From Nanobdella aerobiophila (GTDB lineage: Archaea > Nanobdellota > Nanobdellia > Nanobdellales > Nanobdellaceae), in contig NZ_AP019769.1 in the NCBI RefSeq assembly GCF_023169545.1, positions 390,001 to 422,000 of the forward strand: a DNA stretch of 32,000 nt, read 5' to 3'. Positions 27,713 to 32,000 of this stretch are shown here, one piece after another. Below the pieces are notes generated by a model, which was given only the letters and a program-made list of their open reading frames with translations, did not search any database and had not been told where the DNA came from. The number at the start of each line of letters is the position of its first letter. Within the stretch, counting starts at the first letter, position 1. The position numbers and the translations under genes are program-made.

Positions 27713-28656
27713 TATATATCCTTATAAATTGTATTATATATTTTATTGATTAGATATTTTATCTTATATATATTTAAATTAAGTATATCTTCATGTTTTA
27801 ATTCTTTAGAAATCTCATTAAAATCGTTTTTATTTAGTTTATTTTCATTAAATAGTTTAATTATTCCTTCTGTAATATCTATATAATCTTCAGGTAAATA
27901 AAAAGATATATCTTCTAGCAATTTTAGAAAATTTATCATGGATTTATCGTCATCAATTATTAAAGGTAATGCTTCGGCTGTATTTATGAATTTATATGCA
28001 TAATCTTTATAATTTTTTCCTTTTTTTGATAATAAATAATTATTTATTATTATATTTGCTAGTGGTGAAAATATAATATCTAATGCTATGTTCATCTTAA
28101 ATCTGTTCAGATATAAATTATATACAGCTTTTATCTTTTTATTTTGTTTATCTAATATAAAATTTTTTATTTCTTTAGTTATATAGATTATATCTCTCTC
28201 TTTTAATCTATAAAATTCTTTTTCTTCTATAATATTTTTTAAATTATCTGTAATTATGCTCAAAGTATTATAGTATTCATAAGAAAATCCAATATTTTTA
28301 GAGAGAGTTCTTAATCTTCTATTATAATCAGTTAAACTATAATAAGAATATGGTAATCTTTTTTTATATAGATCATAATTTTTTATTATATCTATATAAG
28401 ATTTTATATCTAATTCTTTAAATAAGCTATCTATTGATTTTCTTAATAGTTCATCTATATTTTTATAAGTTATTAATTTACTTGATCTTATTGTTTCAAT
28501 AAGATTTCTAGCAAATATTCTTTCTTTTTCATTATTAATATTTATCTTTTTTATATCTTCTTTATTTATCGAATTTATAAAATTTAATATCTCTAATAAA
28601 TCAACATTTGGATTTATATATTTTATATCTATTTGATAGTAATTATCTAAACCCAT
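27712..28656 (-). CDS. Hypothetical, mostly helical protein
   Basis: 314-aa coherent ORF; no family recognised. Confidence 0.65.
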   Translation of the reverse strand: MGLDNYYQIDIKYINPNVDLLEILNFINSINKEDIKKININNEKERIFARNLIETIRSSKLITYKNIDELLRKSIDSLFKELDIKSYIDIIKNYDLYKKRLPYSYYSLTDYNRRLRTLSKNIGFSYEYYNTLSIITDNLKNIIEEKEFYRLKERDIIYITKEIKNFILDKQNKKIKAVYNLYLNRFKMNIALDIIFSPLANIIINNYLLSKKGKNYKDYAYKFINTAEALPLIIDDDKSMINFLKLLEDISFYLPEDYIDITEGIIKLFNENKLNKNDFNEISKELKHEDILNLNIYKIKYLINKIYNTIYKDI

Positions 28657-28680
28657 TATTTAGTAATAAAAATAGATCTT

Positions 28681-29730
28681 TTATATCTTTTTAATTTTTG
28701 CAATATAAAATCCCTCTGTATCATTATCCCATGGCCATATCCTTACAGTATTTCTTATATCTTCTAGATTTTCTATCTTATATTTTCCATATTCTTCAAT
28801 TATTTCTGATTTATTAAGATTTGGTATGTTTATTTTTTCTATTTTTGCATTTTCTCTCTTTGATAATAAATAATCTACTATAAACTCATTTTCTAATGGT
28901 TCTACAGAACATGTTGAATATACTAGTGTCCCTCCTTCTTTTAAATTATCAAAAGCTTTAATTATTAATTTCTTTTGCAAATAACTCAATCTATTTATAG
29001 CATCGTTGCTCCATATTTTTAATGTCTTATATGATTTTCTTATTGCTCCAGTTCCAGAACATGGTGCATCTAGTAAAATTTTATCGAACTTAATATTTAA
29101 TCTATCTATTTTTAACCCATCCATCATGGTAACTATTGTATTTATAATACCCTGCTTTTGTAAATTTTCACCTAAAGCTCTTATTCTATTTATATCAACA
29201 TCATTTGCTATTATTAATCCCTCATTTTCCATATGCATAGCAATTTGTGTCGTTTTTGAACCAGGTGCAGCGGCGAGATCTAATATCACATCATCTTTTT
29301 TTGGATCCAATGCTATGGGAGGTATCATAGACGCAGCCTCTTGTGGATAATAATAACCTAGTTGGAACTCTACAGTATTTCCTATATCCCGTCTATAACC
29401 ATCTATCCAAAATCCATATTTATAAAATGGTATCCTCTTTATTTCCCAACCATAATCTTTCAATCTGGATAATACTTCTTTTGCCGATATGTTTATTTTA
29501 AATGGATTTTGCCTTAAATTATATATATTATCTATTTCTTTTGATATATATCTTAAATTTTCTTCTTTTATTATGCATTTTAGGTTATCATAATTTATGT
29601 CGTCTATTAATTTTATTGTATTTATTCTTATAGCTTTCTTTAATAGTCTAAAGGACCATTCTAAAAATTTATCATAATCTTTGTCTAATAATCTCTTAAA
29701 ATGCTCTTCAAAGCTTTCTTTTATTTCCAT
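28681..29730 (-). CDS. NSUN/RsmB-type RNA m5C methyltransferase
   Basis: Y-YPQEAASMIPPIALDPKKDDVILDLAAAPGSKTTQIA, KILLDAPCSGTGAIRKS, GGTLVYSTCSVEPLENE (both catalytic Cys motifs). Confidence 0.93.
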   Translation of the reverse strand: MEIKESFEEHFKRLLDKDYDKFLEWSFRLLKKAIRINTIKLIDDINYDNLKCIIKEENLRYISKEIDNIYNLRQNPFKINISAKEVLSRLKDYGWEIKRIPFYKYGFWIDGYRRDIGNTVEFQLGYYYPQEAASMIPPIALDPKKDDVILDLAAAPGSKTTQIAMHMENEGLIIANDVDINRIRALGENLQKQGIINTIVTMMDGLKIDRLNIKFDKILLDAPCSGTGAIRKSYKTLKIWSNDAINRLSYLQKKLIIKAFDNLKEGGTLVYSTCSVEPLENEFIVDYLLSKRENAKIEKINIPNLNKSEIIEEYGKYKIENLEDIRNTVRIWPWDNDTEGFYIAKIKKI

Positions 29731-29777
29731 CAGTCGCTATCTAATCATCATCATTCAGGAGCGTAATGCTTCATCAT
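29730..29777 (-). ncRNA. C/D box guide sRNA (dual guide), D box overlapping the start codon of the downstream methyltransferase
   Basis: On the minus strand: C box ATGATGA (29777-29771), 12-nt guide AGCATTACGCTC, D' CTGA (29758-29755), spacer ATG, C' ATGATGA (29751-29745), 11-nt guide TTAGATAGCGA, D CTGA (29733-29730). Confidence 0.85.
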
Positions 29778-29787
29778 TAAAAAATAT

Positions 29788-30294
29788 TTATTTTTTATTT
29801 ACTAAAGCTTCAGTTATAACTTTTTCTGCTTCTAATTTACCCTTAAATTCTTTTATTTTTACATATTTACCTGGCTCTAATTCCTTGTAATGCTCATAAA
29901 AGTGTTTTATTTGGTTTAATATTGCTTCCGGTAGATCTTTTATATCTTTTATACCTGAAAATCTAGGATCTATTTTATCGATTGGGACTGCAATTATTTT
30001 TCTATCTGTACCTTTCTCATCTTCTGTAACTAATACTCCTATTGGTCTTGCGGATATTATAGAGCCTGGGAATAAGATATCATATGATATCACTAATACA
30101 TCCAATGGATCTCCATCTTCTTCTAGTGTTTCTGGTATAAATCCATAATTAAATGGATAAAACATTGCCGTATATAGTATCCTATCTACCCTCATTACTT
30201 TCTCTTCTTCATCAAATTCGTATTTTACATTACTTCCCTTTGGAATTTCTATAAAAACATTTATATCCTCTGGTGGATTCTTTCCAGCTTTCAT
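29788..30294 (-). CDS. ppa: Inorganic pyrophosphatase, family I
   Basis: [55 protein letters not shown] is diagnostic. Confidence 0.97.
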   Translation of the reverse strand: MKAGKNPPEDINVFIEIPKGSNVKYEFDEEEKVMRVDRILYTAMFYPFNYGFIPETLEEDGDPLDVLVISYDILFPGSIISARPIGVLVTEDEKGTDRKIIAVPIDKIDPRFSGIKDIKDLPEAILNQIKHFYEHYKELEPGKYVKIKEFKGKLEAEKVITEALVNKK

Positions 30295-30522
30295 ATTTTA
30301 AAGTTTTTTATTATTTTTATAAATTTAATATTAGAAAATAAAAATATTTTAATATTATATTTGTACTATATAAAAACCTAAATTCAACTAATTTATAACA
30401 TAATATAATATAATTTTAATATTGATTACAATATTTAACTTTATTTATTACTATAGAATCATTAAATAATTAAATATTCCTATATTTTTAGAAAATAATA
30501 CTCATATCTTTTCTAGAATATT

Positions 30523-30651
30523 TTATAACTCTTCCAATTTAGCTATATAATTATTTCTATTTATTATAGTATGTATAAAGCTAATATATGAAGATGAATA
30601 AATTATATATTCATATCTATAATTATGAACTAGATAATCTAGTTCATCCAT
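30523..30651 (-). other. Possible short ORF or gene remnant (42 aa)
   Basis: ATG...TAA encoding MDELDYLVHNYRYEYIIYSSSYISFIHTIINRNNYIAKLEEL. Partly overlaps an adjacent minus-strand frame (30644-30760) with an in-frame TAG. Confidence 0.3.
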
Positions 30652-30882
30652 TTTTTATAATTTTAATATCTTCTTTTATAATTTCTATAACTTTTTTAAC
30701 ATTGAAATAACCTTCAATATCTTTTGATAGAATTACCTTCTAGACTCTTGATTTTTTCATTTAAATCTTATCGTTATTAATTAAAAAATATATTTAAAAT
30801 ATTACCTTATAGTAGTCATATAATTGTTAGATTAATATATAAAATAACTATTTTTATAAACATATTTATCAAAAGATAGGTA

Positions 30883-31080
30883 ATGGGTAGAATATTACAT
30901 AGTAAATTTAGAAGATATGCTGATAAGATACTAGACAAATATCAAGATATATTTACTAACGATTATAAAAAAAATGTGAAGATACTAAATTTAGTATCTA
31001 GAGTACCATCAAAAAGATTGAGGAATAAAGTAGCTGGATATATAACAAAGCAAATGAAATATAGATCACCAGTATCATGA
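30883..31080 (+). CDS. rps17e: 30S ribosomal protein S17e
   Basis: MGRILHSKFRRYADKILDKYQDIFTNDYKKNVKILNLVSRVPSKRLRNKVAGYITKQMK is typical S17e. Confidence 0.92.
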   Translation: MGRILHSKFRRYADKILDKYQDIFTNDYKKNVKILNLVSRVPSKRLRNKVAGYITKQMKYRSPVS

Positions 31081-31364
31081 TGGCAGATCAAATCGTAATA
31101 TACATAGGAAATAAACCATTTATGAACTATGTAACAGCAGTAGTAATGCAATTTACAAGCCAAGATGCAAAAGAAGTTTTAATAAAGGCAAGAGGAAGAT
31201 TTATAGCAAGAGCAGTAGATGTAGCAGAAGTAGTAAGAAAGAAGTTCCTATCCGATCAGGTAGATATATCAAAAATAAAAATAGACTCTGAAGAGAGACA
31301 AGTAGATCAGGGAGGAAAGAAAAGAAGAGTATCTACAATAGAAATATTATTAGCAAAGAAGTAA
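31077..31364 (+). CDS. albA: Alba-family DNA/RNA-binding protein
   Basis: IYIGNKPFMNYVTAVVMQFTSQDAKEVLIKARGRFIARAVDVAEVVRKKF; ATGA overlap with rps17e. Confidence 0.95.
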   Translation: MMADQIVIYIGNKPFMNYVTAVVMQFTSQDAKEVLIKARGRFIARAVDVAEVVRKKFLSDQVDISKIKIDSEERQVDQGGKKRRVSTIEILLAKK

Positions 31365-31451
31365 TATTTTTCAGATTTTATTTTTTGAAATATTATTATT
31401 TTATAAAAGATTATATATTTTTAAACTGTTTATTAAAAATTAAATAATTAT

Positions 31452-31526
31452 AGCGGAGTAGGGCAGCTAGGAGTGCCCGGGGGGCTCATAACCCCCAGGT
31501 CGGAGGTTCAAATCCTCCCTCCGCTA
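31452..31526 (+). tRNA. Initiator tRNA-Met (anticodon CAT)
   Basis: A1-T72 acceptor end (AGCGGAG/CTCCGCT), anticodon arm GGGGG-CTCATAA-CCCCC containing the three consecutive G-C pairs typical of initiators, T-arm GGAGG-TTCAAAT-CCTCC. Confidence 0.93.
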
Positions 31527-31530
31527 AATT

Positions 31531-31992
31531 TTATTGAGGTTTTTGCGATAGATATAAATTAAATATATGTTCTAAAGCCTTTTTATTATCATCGAAATCA
31601 TCTTTTTTATATGATTTAGTGCTTTTTATTATATCTTCTAGATTATATAGTTTTGTATTTTTAAAGATAATTGATTTATAATCAAAATAATTATTTTCTC
31701 CTATAATATCTTTGTATATGTCATCTATAAATTTATTATCATTTGTATCGCTAGAACATATAACTTCTGACTCTTCTTTTTTACAATATTTAAATATTTT
31801 TATCTTTTTTATACTATCTATTAAATCTTTAGTATTTTCTAATAATAAAGATTCTAAAGTTTTGCTATTTGTAGGTACTTCTAATCCTGAAGCTATATCT
31901 ATATAATTTATATCATTTCCACCTCTAGTAATCTGATATAATGCAATATCAGATATCGAATATTTATTATCTACTACAGATTTTATTATCAA
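31531..31992 (-). CDS. Hypothetical protein, may extend beyond the window
   Basis: 153-aa ORF (IALYQITRGGNDINYIDIASGLEVPTNSKTLESLLLE...); start near the window edge, so the true start is uncertain. Confidence 0.55.
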   Translation of the reverse strand: MIIKSVVDNKYSISDIALYQITRGGNDINYIDIASGLEVPTNSKTLESLLLENTKDLIDSIKKIKIFKYCKKEESEVICSSDTNDNKFIDDIYKDIIGENNYFDYKSIIFKNTKLYNLEDIIKSTKSYKKDDFDDNKKALEHIFNLYLSQKPQ

Positions 31993-32000
31993 TTCTATCG

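Noticed and set aside
29006-29350. Plus ORF antisense to the m5C methyltransferase
   Set aside because: Opposite catalytic motifs; composition explained by antisense reading.
30963-31163. Minus ORF across the S17e/Alba junction
   Set aside because: Antisense to two conserved genes.
31712-31906. Plus ORF inside the terminal hypothetical gene
   Set aside because: Short shadow ORF with no support.
1-32000. CRISPR array, restriction-modification, toxin-antitoxin operon or phage genes
   Set aside because: No regular repeat-spacer structure, no R-M/Cas/phage structural motifs. The only PIN protein is an Fcf1-like housekeeping type next to aIF2-gamma, and the possible TA-like remnant at 30523-30760 has no real motif evidence.

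Overview
Very AT-rich, gene-dense archaeal chromosomal segment. It is most consistent with a reduced-genome, thermophilic Nanoarchaeota-like DPANN archaeon (inference from low GC, overlapping genes and a stand-alone reverse gyrase helicase module). Recognisable core genes: SufB (cut by the window edge) and SufS, TmcA, split reverse gyrase helicase subunit, GINS, L44e, PAC2, Nop10, aIF2-alpha, pelota, archaeal-type prepilin peptidase, family B DNA polymerase, DRG-like GTPase, Fcf1-like PIN protein, aIF2-gamma, CysRS, NSUN-type m5C methyltransferase, pyrophosphatase, S17e and Alba. There are four tRNAs: Leu-GAG, Leu-CAG, Arg-TCG and initiator Met. No CRISPR array or obvious defence island was found. 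The most notable items are: two near-canonical C/D box guide sRNAs not in the supplied track, one sharing its D box with the start codon of a methyltransferase gene; a completely cysteine-free aldehyde:ferredoxin oxidoreductase homologue that cannot carry the usual Fe-S cluster; a locus of Asn/Ser/Tyr-rich surface proteins, two with KG|Q prepilin-like N-termini, linked to a prepilin peptidase; an internally deleted TnpB/IS605 remnant lacking the RuvC-I region; the split reverse gyrase; and a DRG-family GTPase with eroded G3/G4 motifs.
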